A DNA stretch of 64,000 nucleotides from Utricularia gibba (GCA_002189035.1 NEEC01000025.1:620001-684000); one strand, 5' to 3'. Positions 23,371 through 36,431 are shown, numbered from the stretch's first letter. The notes: generated from the sequence alone by a model not told the origin. Translations and numbers: made by a program.

Positions 23371-26227
23371 ATGGAGCGGCCACCGATTGATTTTACAGAT
23401 GGTTAGTCTTGCAATTGTTCGCAGCGCATTTATGAGCTCCTTGATATTGAATGCATATTTTCTCTGGAGTTGACAATCCAAACATCTTGCTCCTGCAGGT
23501 TCTTCAACACGGGCTTCTCGTGTCGCTCCAGAGAAAGAAAGATCTTCATTGAAATTTCCAATTGGTCCTAAATTGTATCATGAAGCTGCTGATGTTACCC
23601 TGTTTTCTGCGTCACTGCCTGTCCTCTATCATGAGCAACGTGAGCCAGAAAATTTCTGATATGTTCTTGTTGTTTAAGGAATGTTATCTTAATATTTTTC
23701 ATGTATTATTGCGGCAGTTGATTTTGATGAATCTGGCAAACGTGTTAAACCATTTGATGATGTATTACTGAGTGTCGACATGCGAAAGGCAGCCGATGGA
23801 GTAAACGATCCACTTGAGGAGATTGAGCCAACCACCAGTGGAACTTTACTTCCTGACGATGAAGATGAACTTTTGGCTGGCCTTATGGATGATTTGGATC
23901 TTAGTGGGTTGCCAACTCAGATTGAGGACCTCGATGATGATTTTTTTGGGAGTGGGTGTGGAATGGAAATTGAATCTGAAAACCACGAGAGTCCAAGTTT
24001 TTCCATGCCAAGACTGTATGCAACTAATAACCTTAATTTTGGAACGGTATCTCATCTCAGATATGCAAATGGTGTTGGAATTGTCAGTGGTGAACACCCA
24101 TATGGTGAGCATCCTTCCAGGACATTATTTGTTAGAAACATCAACAGTAACGTAGAGGACTCGGAGCTTAGGTCTCTTTTTGAGGTAATCTTCATGAGAT
24201 TCACTTTCGTATATCGTAAAGAATCTACTGAAACTTGTCTTCGTGTGAGTCAATGTGCAATGTAGGATGTGTGTGAATATTCCTAGTCTGTACTCTGGCC
24301 AGTTTTATGATGAGTTCTGACACTAATTGGTTGCCAAACTTTTCCTGTCTCCTTCTATTAGCAATATGGAGACATAAGGACTTTGTATACCGCATGTAAG
24401 CACAGAGGATTTGTGATGATAGCTTACTATGACATAAGAGCTGCACGAAATGCAATGCGTGCATTGCAAAATAAGCCATTAAGACGAAGGAAACTTGATA
24501 TTCATTTCTCCATCCCAAAGGTTTGAATTTTCTTGTTTGTGTTCTTTTAATTGGTGGTTACTGTGTATGTTATTAGACGGGTATTTTCCTATTTTAAGGA
24601 GAACCCATCCGAAAGAGATATCAACCAGGGGACTTTGGTGGTGTTCAATTTGGAGCCGTCTGTGTCTAATGATGACCTCTGCCAGATATTTGGAGCCCAT
24701 GGAGAAGTTAAGGAGGTAAGGCTTTTCCGGTTTATGAAGTATGTGTTCAGCATCTCTTCTTTTATCCGGCCTCTGAATTGCTCTCTATCTTGCATTTATT
24801 ACAGATTAGAGAAACTCCTCACAAAAGATTCCATAAGTTCGTTGAGTTTTATGATGTCAGAGCTGCTGAGGCAGCGCTCAAGGCTTTAAATAGGTGTGAC
24901 ATAGCTGGGAAGCGCATAAAGCTTGAACATAGCCGACCTGGTGGTGCACGTAGAAGGTTTATTTTTTAACACTTTTGCATGTTAAAGTAATAATATTTAC
25001 TGATAAAGTTGCAAAACTACATCAGAACTGAGTTAACTTGCCCTTGGATTTATCCAAATTAGTTCAACATTAGGTTTCAAGAACTGTTATGGAAGCAGCT
25101 TGTTGAAGCCATGACTGCTTCAATCTCATCATTTTATGTTGTAGCTTTCTGTTGCTCATTCCCAAGTTTCTAGTCTAACATTTCGTTTAATCTACAGCAT
25201 ATTTCAGCAAATGAGTCATGAGCAAGAACGTGATGAGTGTCGAGTTATCCAGCATCAAGTTGGTTCTCCAATTGCTATTTCTCCTCCAGGCAAGTTTGTG
25301 GTTGGATTATCTTTTGAAAAATATTGAGCAACCGCGCACTTTGTTTAGTCCTGAATTCGTCGTCTGTGATTCATAGGTGGCTGGAAAATTTATGGCAGTC
25401 CAGTCAACCAGAATTCTTTGCAAGTTTACAATCTGCTGCCTAATTTAAGAGGCCTGGCTCCTGTTGGAAGTAACAATTTATCCGGTTTAGCCTCCAGTCC
25501 ACCTTCGAAAAGATCAACTCCTGTGAAGATCCCACCTTCGAAAAGATCAACTCCTGTGAAGATCCCACCTATAGGGAAATATTCTTTAAGAGAAAGCCAT
25601 CTAAATCCAATGGTTCCGGTTGTTGGCACCCCACATACATCAGTCAACCAGCCACACTTTTCTCTTCCCAGCATGAAACTAAGTTCAAGTCCTGAACTAA
25701 CATCATCGTATAGTGATTCCAAGTCATCGAGTGTTGGCACTCTTTCTGGTCATCAGTTTCTTTGGGGAAGTCCAGCAGTGAACTCAGAACAGAATGAACC
25801 TTCTGCTTGGTCATCTTTGATGAATGCCAGGCCGCTTCCATCCAGGCAAATAGGAGTTGGTTTTCGAAATCCTACTCAACACAGCTCACATGTTGGCTCG
25901 GCTCCATCGGGTGTTCCACTTGAAAGGCATTTTTTTCCGGAGTCTCCTGAGACATCTGACATGAGCCAGGCATCATTTGGAACTACTAATTTTGGTCACG
26001 GCAGTGGTACATGGGGTGTGAATGTTGGTGTTCCCAGTTCTATGAACATGGGGGTTTCTTTTGCTAGAAATTTCAGCGAAAACGGGTCCCCTGGTTCACG
26101 AGTGATGGCTATATCGAGAGAGAGCCCTACGCATTTTGGTATGGGTCCTTCCCTAAGCATGGGAGCAACCATGAATGACTGTGCAATTGATCGCAGTCGA
26201 AGTAGAAGGGCTGATACAGGAGGTTAG
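23371..26227 (+). CDS. MEI2-like RNA-binding protein (AML group); RRM1 and RRM2 intact, stops before RRM3
   Basis: LFSASLPVL, LLPDDEDELLAG, EHPYGEHPSRTLFVRNINSNVED, RRM2 GTLVVFNL...FVEFYDVRAAE; 8 exons in frame (one GC donor at 25290); TAG at 26225-26227. Confidence 0.85.
25499..25570 (+). repeat. Perfect 33-bp in-frame tandem duplication in the MEI2-like CDS
   Basis: CCACCTTCGAAAAGATCAACTCCTGTGAAGATC x2 + CCACCT (PPSKRSTPVKI x2). Confidence 0.95.
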
Positions 26228-26810
26228 GTGGATGACAAGAAGCAGTTTCAGGTTGATCTGGAAATGATCAGTAATGATGAAGATCATAGAACCACACTGA
26301 TTATAAAAAAAAACATCCCAAACAGGTAACCCCATTCCTAGAACTTTGCCAGCGTATTTTTCCATTCCTTCAGTAATTATTGTTCTTATCTGCGTCTACG
26401 TTTCCACCCTTGAAGGTGCACTTCTAAGATGGTAATAGCAGCTATCAGTGAAACCCATGAGGGCACATATGGTTTTCTTGGTTTGCCAATTGTTCTTATC
26501 TGAGCTGCACTGTCCATTTTTGGTGGTTCGATACAGAGCAAGTGCAATGTCGGATGTGCCTTCATCAGCATGGTCTCTCCTTGTCACATCATCACTTTCT
26601 ACAATGTATGCGCTCCATTGGATGTTGCCCATGCGGCTCTCAGCCTGCCTATTTCCACGGTTGCGTGATCCTGCAATTTACGCATGTGTGGGTTTTCCCT
26701 GGGAAGAAATGGGAGAAATTCAACAGCGAAAAGGTGGCGTGGTTGGCGTATTTCACAGTTTCAGAACTGAAGAAAGACAGGCAGTGCCGGTCAATTACTT
26801 TCCAATATGA
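26228..26810 (+). pseudogene. Decayed RRM3 exons of the MEI2-like gene
   Basis: Remnants RTTLIIKKNIPN, TSKMVIAAISETHEGTYGFLGLPI, KCNVGCAFISMVSP, GKKWEKFNSEKVAWLAY; lost splice sites and internal deletion. Confidence 0.85.
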
Positions 26811-27677
26811 GGGCCACCCCAATCCAACCAACCAACACACTAGCAATCTGGCAATGCAACCGCAGGTCCACTGTTCGTTGTCATGGCCTACATTTTTCTC
26901 GCCCTGATTGAGATGGGAACAACAACAGGAAACCAAATCCCTCAACCTGATGGCGCTTCTCGGATGCCGGAGGGGAGATGCTCTGGACAACCCTGCCTAG
27001 TGTCTTGAGAGGGGACGGTGGCAGAGAAAGCTGTAGTCAAAAGCTGATTAATAATTATTGATGGGGAGGAAAGAAGGCCCGCCGCTATGGCGAGGAGCAG
27101 GCGTCCAGCCAGGGCCGGTTTTCAGTCGGGCGTTGGATGGATGGATGAAGACACCCTTCCTCAGAACAACCAAGTGTACAGAAGACTGGAGTTAGCACAC
27201 CCCTTATCCTATGTAAGGAAGCACTAGGGGGTTGAAAGAGCTGACCCGACCCGACGCGACGCGACCCATCAGAATGGGCTGCGCCCATATCTTGATTGCT
27301 TTGGCCCAAAGGAAGACCTATTCACCCAATTAATCCCTACAAATTTTTATTAATTGTGTATTTACCTGCCACTTTTACGAAAATAATAAATAGTAAACTT
27401 CCTTCTTCTGTACACGAGAGGAGGGGAGGCCGTTAAACCTTCAGGTATGAATAAATCAATATTGCGGTTCCAGAATGTTCGTCTGGGGGACATGCACAGC
27501 AAAAGAAGAAAGAAGAAACACCTACCCCCTTGGCAGGTTTGAGGTTTCCCCATGATCTCCAATCTCCTTCCTTCCTTCCTTCCTTCCCTCCCCTTCCTGT
27601 ACAGCAGGAACGCGGAATATGGGAATGGGCGGCGCATGCTCCTGGTTAATCCACAATGGTGCAAGGAAACGAGGGCA

Positions 27678-29713
27678 TCAAGATCGTCTTGCGGGTCCGT
27701 TTCGAGTAGTCAAATCCGGACGCTCCCCGCCCGTCTCACCCGAACTGATTGCCTCCTCCTCCAGCTCAGCAGCATCCATGCTTGTGGCTCGGCTTTTTCT
27801 ATGGCGACGCTCCTGGGATCGAAAGCCATTACAACATTTATCAGGCAAGCTACGGCGAAGTGAACTCAAATTGATCGCATGGCTGGTACATGTGTAGAAA
27901 TCAGCGAACCCACCTCACGGTATGGGAACTCATCTGTCTCCAGCATTCGGACTACATGGCTCATCCTGGGCCGTTTCTCCGAATCGGGATCGACACATTT
28001 AAGGGCGACTAGAAGGGCACGTTTTATGGCTCGTGTCGAGGGCCGAGGTTCTAGGTTGGGGTCAGTAACTTCCTCGGCTTTCCGATTAGCTACCATCATC
28101 TTCAGCCATTCAACCAGATTTACCTGAAAAGCAGTCATGTTCAGATCACGACCCGCCAGCAGTATGCGGAGAAGATGCATCTACTAGCACCACCTCATTT
28201 GCAGGGCGCCCGTAGTCAACAGGGTCCCTTCCCGTAACAGCTTCCAGCACAAGAACACCGAAGCTGTAGATGTCACTTTTCTCGTTCAGCAAGCCAGTGT
28301 TTGCGTACTCCGGAGCCACATAACTTGATTCAGGGGGAAAAAAAAAAGGAAATGGTTTAGCAAGGAGGAAATTAAAAAAGTGTACCAGCGCTGAGAAATG
28401 AATCTTTGTACCCAAATGTTCCCATAACTCTGGTTGTTATATGGCTTTCATGGGACCCCAGAAGTTTGGCCAGACCAAAGTCGGAAACTTTTGCATTGAA
28501 CTCCTGATCAATCAAGATATTGCTTGATTTTATATCACGATGCACAACTTTCGGCTCAATGGCTTCGTGCAAATAGGCAAGCCTGCAAAAAGAAGGCAAT
28601 TTTCCTGAATCAGGACACAGCAGAGTGCAGCAGCATATTTTCGATTGTCTAGAGGGGTGTGCGATACTAAAGAAGCACTCACGCCTTTGCAGTACCAAGG
28701 AGAACCTTCATTCGAGCTTCCCATGTTAAGACCCCATGATTCCGCAACGCCCCATGAAGCCATTGCTCAAGATTACCATTGTTGACGTATTCGTAAACCA
28801 GCATCCTGAACACATGCAGAATAGATCAGTGTGATCTGAAATAAGTCGACTGTAAGACTGTGTGGAGGCAGAAAGTAGAACCTGTGAACTCCCTCAATGC
28901 AGTAGCCAAGAAGCCTTACAAGGTTTTTGTGACGAACATGGCCGATGGCCTCTACCTCACCTCGGAATTCTTTCTCTGCTTGACCTCTGTGAAACAAAAC
29001 CCGATCAGATACATATCCAAAATTCTGGAGTTAAGAAGCCAGAGGTTGGTTGGTGTTACTCACAGATTGTTAAGAAGCTTCTTGACAGCAACCTCCGTGC
29101 CATTCACCAATCGACCGCGGTACACAACGCCATAACCACCCTCACCAATGATATGATCAGCCGAGAAACGATTGGTTGCGATTTCAAGGTCTCTCAGGGT
29201 GAACCAATGGCCCCACCCGAGATGGGATCCTTCTGGAAGCCCGACCAAAGGGGAAGCCATGGCAAGTCCATATGATGTTGGCAGTTGTTTCCTTGCATTT
29301 CCAGAGCTCCCTTCCTCTCCCGACTGCGAGCTGTAGGCTCTTTCGTGTTGAAAAGTGGAACTACTCAGGCTGATATCATCAACATCACTTGATTTGCTCC
29401 TCCCCAAGTGAGTTATCAACTTCTCTGAGTTCTTTTCACTCGACTTGTCGTTGATGTTCATGTATACAGTTCTCTGTCCGCTGTTGGTGCTCCCGTCTCC
29501 AACTCTATCAACTCTGATCTCTTTTGAGACATTGGGGATGATTTGGCTGGTAGAATTGTCCAAGGATTTACTTGATTTTCGACGAAGGATTGTCCATATT
29601 GATAAGATCCCAATAATCAGAACTATGAATGCCCCCACACAGAAGCAAATGAGAACCCAAAGCTTCAGACCCACATATTTCTTTGACAATTCGGAGTCCA
29701 GGTTTCCAGACAT
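27678..29713 (-). CDS. Single-pass receptor-like kinase with very short ectodomain (At5g18500/At2g42960-type), 7 exons
   Basis: [61 protein letters not shown]; exons in frame. Confidence 0.95.
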
Positions 29714-31861
29714 TTTGGGCAATGCACTTTCAATTCTCAAAGTTCTGGACAAGCAAGCATTAACCTGTCAAACCTGAATCCCAAAAGCTCAGAAAGCAGC
29801 TTATGGCAATAAAAACCACAACAGAAATATGGAGAATGACTAACTGGAACCTTTGAAACAAATCATTAGCGAGAGAAAGAAGATTAGAAGCACAGCAGTC
29901 ATCATAGGAAAGAGAGACAGGTACTAAGATCTGGGTCATTGATCTGCATCTTTGTCCAAACCATTACATAACTACAGACTTTTCTACGAAACTCTAGAAA
30001 TGAGAGAGCTCCCTGGAGCAGAGGAAACGCAAATAGATCCAGAAGTAAAAAAGAAAAGAAAACCCTTCCCTTTACCATTGATTGGTAACAACCGCCTTGA
30101 TCTTCTTCCTTGAGAGAGCAAATGGGCAAATAAAGCACAAGGTTTGGTCTTTGACGGGCTCAATGAACATAGATTGCAAATGCAGGCGCAAGGATTTCAG
30201 AAACCGGCGAAGGAGAGAACCGCAATATGGGGAAATAAAGTCAAAAAAGAGTAGCACATAAGAAAGTTGAAGCAGCAGGAGTAGTTTAGAGTAGATGGAG
30301 GGGTTGCTGTGGGCCAAACAGAAATAAAGAAAGGAGATGCAAGGAAAAAAATGCAGAATGTTGATTTTCTCAAACGATTCCAGGTAAAACCAAATCTTTA
30401 AATGTGGAAGCTTGGTTTTTCGAAGTCAGATCCCCAAATAAAAGCTAAGTGGGCTAGACACTAGAGGTGGTTTTATGGAATTATGGATGAGGATGAAGGA
30501 CGCCCATTAGCTCAGCTGTAAAGGAAGCTTGATCTTGCAAATGAGGAAACCATAATAGACAAAAAAAAGAGAGGAACAGAGTGAAACAGTAAAGAAGACG
30601 GAGGAATACGGTCCACTCCAGCAATTAAAGCAATAGTGGGGAAAACACTGCAACAAAAGTGAAAGATGAAACCTCTATACTCAACAAGAAAAACAAGTAA
30701 AAAAAGAGGAACCCGCAAACAGATTTTTTTATACATAAAAACATAGGAATTAAATGGGCTGAGGTGGGAAGCTAATAATTCATCTGCTATTACTTATCAA
30801 CTTCTGTTCTGCCCCGCAATGAAGATGAAAGTTCCAATCCCGAGATATAATAATTCCTGGCATCCGGTCAATTTCTTCGTACACCTCCGGTTTAATCTTC
30901 ACGCCCAAGCGCATAAAGGCTCCTCCTTTTCCCCTTGAATGAGCGCAGTATACACAGCCATTGGAGCTTGACCACTCCGATTGACACCTGGCTTGGCATT
31001 GAATATCCTGTAAAAATTACAGCTTGCTGTAGATGGGTGATCATGCCCATCTCAATAAACCAATATAAAAAAAACCCAGGCAATCATTTCAACTTAACAA
31101 TGAATTATCCTTTCTTAATGATTCGCCAAAAGTTTTCCAGGGGTGGATGCCAAATATTTATTGAGAATAATAAATAAGATGCAACCCAGGCAGGGGATCC
31201 ACCAACGGTACACAGAGAGTAGAATGGTCCTCAAATTGGCTTTGTGTTATACCCTCTGGACGACGATGTATCATCATCATTACCAAAAGCCAACCCCCTA
31301 CGGCGCCTACACTTTTCACCTGTTCTTCATTTATACGGGGTTCCTTTCTCCTTAAACTCATCATAATTGTTGTCATTAACCACTATTAGTTCTTCATAGG
31401 CAACAAATATGTCTTTGTTGGATGTTGACTTTTTGATCCTAATCTCTTGACATGTCATCGCTGATGATTGCTCTTGCTGGTTTTTCCTTTATGATTATTT
31501 CAGTCGCATGCACCGGTAGTACAGGCACATCATTGTCTGGGTGTATATTTAAGGATCGTGTGGTTAAGGGAGGGAAATTGAAAACAATGGTCACGTTCCT
31601 CGCTGCCTGAAAGCGTTTCTGAGAAAGACAGAATCTTGTGGTTTTGTTGTGCAGATGAAATTATGTTAGTGGCCCAGTCCAGTGGTGCACTTGCAGCGAG
31701 ATTCCTTCTTATGTCAGATGCTGTTTCGGCAGAATTAATTAGTTCCTTCCTTCAACCACATGACAATTAAGTCACAATCCATCTTACAGCTGAATAAACG
31801 GGTAAGAAAAATGCGTCCGTGCCATGGACAACACGACTTCCATATGCATCCTGCTTTCAGA

Positions 31862-33213
31862 TTATGAATCTCCCCATTCAACTTGTAATGAGGACTGGAA
31901 TATCTGGAGGAGGGCCATTTGTTTCTGTTTATCAAGTGTTTGCGCTTCACACCGCCGGTGAACGCCGAGCTTCAGGGCTTTATCACAGTCTCTGGAAGCT
32001 TTCTCCCTTGACACACGAAGCAAACTAGCATACTTGGTTTTGGCTTCTTTCTCATCTTTCTTGCTTTCAGCTACCTCTCCCTCGATGCAGGTAGAATTAA
32101 CAGGATTTGTTTCTGAGGTTACATTCTGTTCATTGACGCTGCGAAGACCATGGTGATCATCCTCCTTATTTCCCCACCATCTATAGAAGACAGTTGACAG
32201 ACCTTCTGATGGGAATCCATACTTGAACTCATCAGGATTTGCTGAATTCCCTCTATTCATGGTTGCGCCCTGAATGCCTTGGGAGCCCTCCCTGCTAAGC
32301 TGCTTCACGCCCACTCGCAAGCCAGTACTCGTGCTTTGAGGTTGTCTACATGATGCACAACAGCCCACAAGAGATGTCATTATGAAACCGCTACAACAGA
32401 GGGGAAACGGCGATGCATCTGTTTTTTTCACAAGAATCATGCATCTCTGCTAGAATTTAACAGGGAAAAAAAATCTTATTGACATTTCATTACCATCATC
32501 CAAAATCATCCCTCAGAGAAATCACAGATGGGGAAAAATATACTCCTGGGTAAGTTAACAGGGAAAAAAATCTCATTGGCATTTGATTACCGCCATCCAT
32601 AATCATGCCTCAGATGGTCTTCCCGCGGATGCGGAAATATATACTCTTGGGTAGCAAGTGAAAACTTACATTGCTGGACAATGGGCCTCTTTCTCCATTG
32701 CAGCTTCCTTCTTGATTTCCTCAATGGTCTTCCCCCCAGCAATCTGAGTTCCTCGATACAAACAAAACGAAAACCAGTGAAAATGAATACAGTCGAAGTC
32801 CAAAATTTTAGACCCCAATTTTAGATGTCTTACTAATGTTTTTCACACAAGTAAATCCAGTTAATTTGCATGAAAATTATAGTCTTACCTTTCTGTATGG
32901 CCAGCGGACAAGACCATTTTCATAGCATACATTCTTCAAAACACTAGGAGAAACGCCTGATGGAAAAACACCAAGAGATTCAAACCCCCGTTAAGAGATC
33001 AAACACCACATAGAACATGATGAAGAATGGAGGCCAGAAAGTACCCAGAGACTCCGCAGCATCAGAGAGTGTACACGAGAATACCGCAGAAACCTCCTCA
33101 AAAGATGGAACCTTTGGGGCCTGAGCGGAAACCGGGTTCGGACTCGGACTAGGGTTCGTGTTCGTCGGTTGGGAACGATTTTGGTATGGAGTCGAGTTCT
33201 GCGTGGTACCCAT
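31862..33213 (-). CDS. Small RWP-RK domain transcription factor (RKD-like), 4 exons
   Basis: SFEEVSAVFSCTLSDAAESLG|VSPSVLKNVCYENGLVRWPYRK; C-terminal DEFKYGFP...WWG and ALKLGV...IFQSSL motifs. Confidence 0.85.
32457..32655. repeat. Two diverged copies of a about 98-bp unit in RWP-RK intron 3
   Basis: TTAACAGGGAAAAAAAATCT...TACTC(C/T)TGGGTA at 32457 and 32555. Confidence 0.85.
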
Positions 33214-33550
33214 CGACGGCGTGGGAAGTGGGAGTGTGGCCTGCTAAGCGGAAACAGAGAGTAGTCCGGGTTTAGTTTCCTACCGGAATCGTGGTGCAAT
33301 TAGCTTGAAGAAGGTTAGAATTTGGGAAGCAATAAGAAAGTGTACATAAAAAATCCTGTCTTGAATTCTCAAAATGGGAGAAAAATCTTAATCTTTATAA
33401 AAACGACTGTTGAAAAATCCTAAAACAGAGAAAGCTCTCTCTATAGTATCTTCTTCAATATCTAAAAACAGAAAAGTTTCATAAAAATCACATCTTTAAA
33501 GTGGTGACGGCATTATCACCTGTGGGAATTGGAAAGAGCCAATTTTTTTT

Positions 33551-34400
33551 TCATTTCTCAAGTCTGAGGTTAGTTAGCTGCAGACTGTTGATCAACAGGT
33601 AGAGGCTGAAGAAGGTGCTCCGGGTACTCGAGAAACCATGTCCATGTCCATGCATTACCATTTCTTTTGTTTCCTCGGAAGACTCTTGTTGGTTAAGTCT
33701 ATTAGAGAAGTTTTCTATCGTTGCGGGGTTCCAAAAGCCCCTGTAAACAGTCCACAAAGACGCTCTCTAGGTAATCAGGCATTGACTCGTAAACCTCTAA
33801 CCCTTATTGGCCTCAGACACCATGTGTTCGTTCCCCAGAGAGAACACCACCACTCGGTACCAGTACGGCGGAATGGACACTCGGGAAGACCCGAGTGAAG
33901 AGCCTAAAACGCCATACGATGAAATAGGGATATCCCAGGGCTCCTTTCAAAGGTGCCATGTATCATATTCATGGCAGAGACGCCACCGTACAACTGTGCT
34001 TTTACACTCAAAGGGGACTTCGGTTGTTGCACCTTTGGATCTTGGATCATCCGTCCCCTCTCTGGTGCTATGTAAGCGGAGACCAGTCCTTAGACTCAAA
34101 CACCAAGTGGTCGAGTAACGCTGGGTCGGGTTCGGATTTCTGTTGCCGATCGTCTGTATTAGTCTATTCATATGTTGGCATCGAGTGGGGAGCTAAATGC
34201 AGTGTTCTCGGGTGGCACCCGACCAATAAATACTTCGAGTGGTGTACTTGGTTCGGAGGGGTTGGAGTGAGCAGAGAGAGCATTGTAGGTACCGAATGTT
34301 ACGAAAACTCACGAATAGCAGCAGCAGCAGCAGCAGCTTATGAGAGGGATTCCAATATGTATATATATCATCAATGGTCGCTGAGGAGGCATTCCAAGAC
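33551..34400 (-). pseudogene. Heavily decayed secreted-protein gene, possibly fasciclin-like AGP (FLA20/21 type)
   Basis: Poly-Leu signal-like start, fragments PPENTAFS, ALLDHLVF, MIHG, PDYLESVFVDCLQGLLEP in different frames in FAS1-like order, hydrophobic tail; many stops. Weak. Confidence 0.3.
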
Positions 34401-34639
34401 ATCTGGCATCACCGCCATCTCAACCCAAGAAAATCTATTATTATCCAAAGAGTGTGCCATGTGGGAGATTCGCATTGGGCAAAAAGATCCCAGATTTATC
34501 CGTTGTAGGATCTGCAACCACCGTTTTTGCAGCTGTCCCTCCTCTTGTTCGTTTATTTCACCCTGCTTATTCCTTCTTCTTAATACGCGGTTGGCTACCC
34601 ATTTTGCTGCGAGAAACTGAAGCACAAGTGACGTAAGAA

Positions 34640-35603
34640 ATGGCAGCTCAAGCTCTTGTCTCCTCCTCCTCCATCTGCTCCACTGCGGAGACTACACGCC
34701 GCATATTTGGCGGTCGCCCGGTTCATTCCACTAGAAAGTCTTCGTTGGCAGTCAGAGCTGAAGCCACTCCTCCTGTAAAGGTATCCTGTTGCGAATCAAG
34801 ACACAACCACTGTTTTTTTTTTTTTCTAACAATCATAAATTGTGTTTTCCAGCAAGGAGCCGACAGGCAACTGTGGTTCGCCTCCAACCAGAGCCTTTCC
34901 TATTTAGACGGAAGGTGATTGTAACTTCACTTCCCTCTTTTTGATACCTAACTCCATTGAAGACTTGACGTTGCAATTCGACTTTCAGTCTACCTGGCGA
35001 TTTTGGGTTCGACCCACTCGGTCTCTCGGACCCAGAAGGCACCGGAGGATTCATCGAGCCCAGATGGCTGGCCTACGGCGAGATCATCAACGGCCGCTTC
35101 GCCATGTTGGGTGCCGCGGGAGCCATCGCTCCAGAAATCCTGGGAAAAGCAGGACTCATCCCCCCGAAACCGCTCTCCCCTGGTTCCAAACCGGCGTCAT
35201 TCCACCTGCGGGGACTTACAGCTACTGGGCGGATCCGTACACCCTGTTCGTGTTCGAATTAGCACTGATGGGGTTCGCGGAGCACAGGAGATTTCAGGAT
35301 TGGGCGAAGCCGGGATCAATGGGGAAACAGTACTTCTTAGGCCTGGAAAAGGGATTGGGCGGATCCGGTGACCCCGCTTATCCCGGTGGCCCGTTTTTCA
35401 ACCCGCTGGGATTTGGGAAAGATGAGAAATCACTCAAGGAGCTGAAACTGAAGGAAGTTAAGAATGGGAGACTAGCGATGCTGGCTATTTTGGGTTACTT
35501 CGTTCAGGGCATCTTCACCGGCGTCGGGCCCTTCCAGAACTTGTTGGATCATTTGGCTGATCCCATCAACAACAACATCTTGACCAACCTCAAATTCCAC
35601 TGA
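34640..35603 (+). CDS. LHCA3: Photosystem I light-harvesting protein LHCA3 (exons 34640-34780, 34853-34914, 34989-35603); one base missing in the C-run at about 35161-35165
   Basis: [58 protein letters not shown]; only one frame break. Confidence 0.95.
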
Positions 35604-35939
35604 CCCACCGATCACACCTTCTTCCCAGTGTTGCCGATCGCCGCAATGTAGTTCCCCACCTCACGAGACACTGGAGAAAGAAAGAAAGAATAAGCATCTT
35701 AATGTTTATTGACACAAGTATCTTAAAAGCTGAACCAAGTGGTCACATGATTCGTGATAACTGGGACTTGAGTGATGCTACGCGAGTGTATATTAGGCCT
35801 AGGGGTGCTCCTATACTTCCAAGTCCTTCTGCCGGGTGTGTTGGAAATCCACGTCCTGCCGTGCCGAGTTTTCTTCTCCAAACTTCATCGTGTTCTAAGT
35901 TTTCACATACAACCTCATAGGGAGGAGCCATCTTATGTG

Positions 35940-36180
35940 GTAGATGTCCCTCTAGGCACTGATGCCAAGTGATTATCCCATGATCCTCCAAACTACAAAG
36001 GCTCCTTGAAGTTACCTATCTTCTTCTTATGCTTTGTTTATGTGGTAATAAAAGCCAAATATCACTGTCTACCTACGTATCGCACATCTCCAACCAATCA
36101 ATTTTTACCATCACATCAAAACCCACAAGTTCCAAGTGCGCTGGGAACAATTTCTAGTCGACTAGAAGCATCAAATATTT
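35940..36180 (-). mobile_element. Degenerate Ty3/gypsy aspartic-protease fragment
   Basis: KLFPAHLELVGFDVMVKIDWLEMCDT*VD resembles the FPA.L...L..FDVILGMDWL......DC gag-pol protease motif; stops present. Confidence 0.4.
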
Positions 36181-36299
36181 TATCATCAAGGGTCGATTCC
36201 ATCAAGTTAAGAATCAAAATAATAACACTTTCGTTAAAACTACAACAAAAGTTGTTTTATTTGTATGCACTGCAACGGCAGCCTGAGGTGTACTTGCTT

Positions 36300-36420
36300 C
36301 ATATATTCTCCAACTCACCGGGCCGTTTCACCCTCTGCATGGTCTTACAACCAGAGCGAGGAAGATGCTGCCATTATCGCAAGTTCACATCAAGCCATGA
36401 TTCGATCTGCATACCAACAG
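36300..36420 (-). repeat. Degenerate extra copy of the ABC1K7 terminal exon and acceptor (copy A; also at about 42935-43050 in copy B)
   Basis: CCCTCTGCATGG...ACCAGAGC.AGGAAGATGC occurs twice about 140 bp apart in both gene copies. Confidence 0.85.
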
Positions 36421-36431
36421 TTCGTAATGAT

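Noticed and set aside
30740-31400. Coding-like stretch between the RLK and RWP-RK genes
   Set aside because: Multiple stops in all frames and no motif I could identify.
33958-34620. 220-aa plus-strand ORF as a novel gene
   Set aside because: No domain and odd composition; antisense to the decayed minus-strand remnant and overlapping the LHCA3 promoter.
35155-35170. LHCA3 loss or programmed ribosomal frameshifting
   Set aside because: A single homopolymer deletion matching five other sites in unrelated genes; artefact is far simpler.
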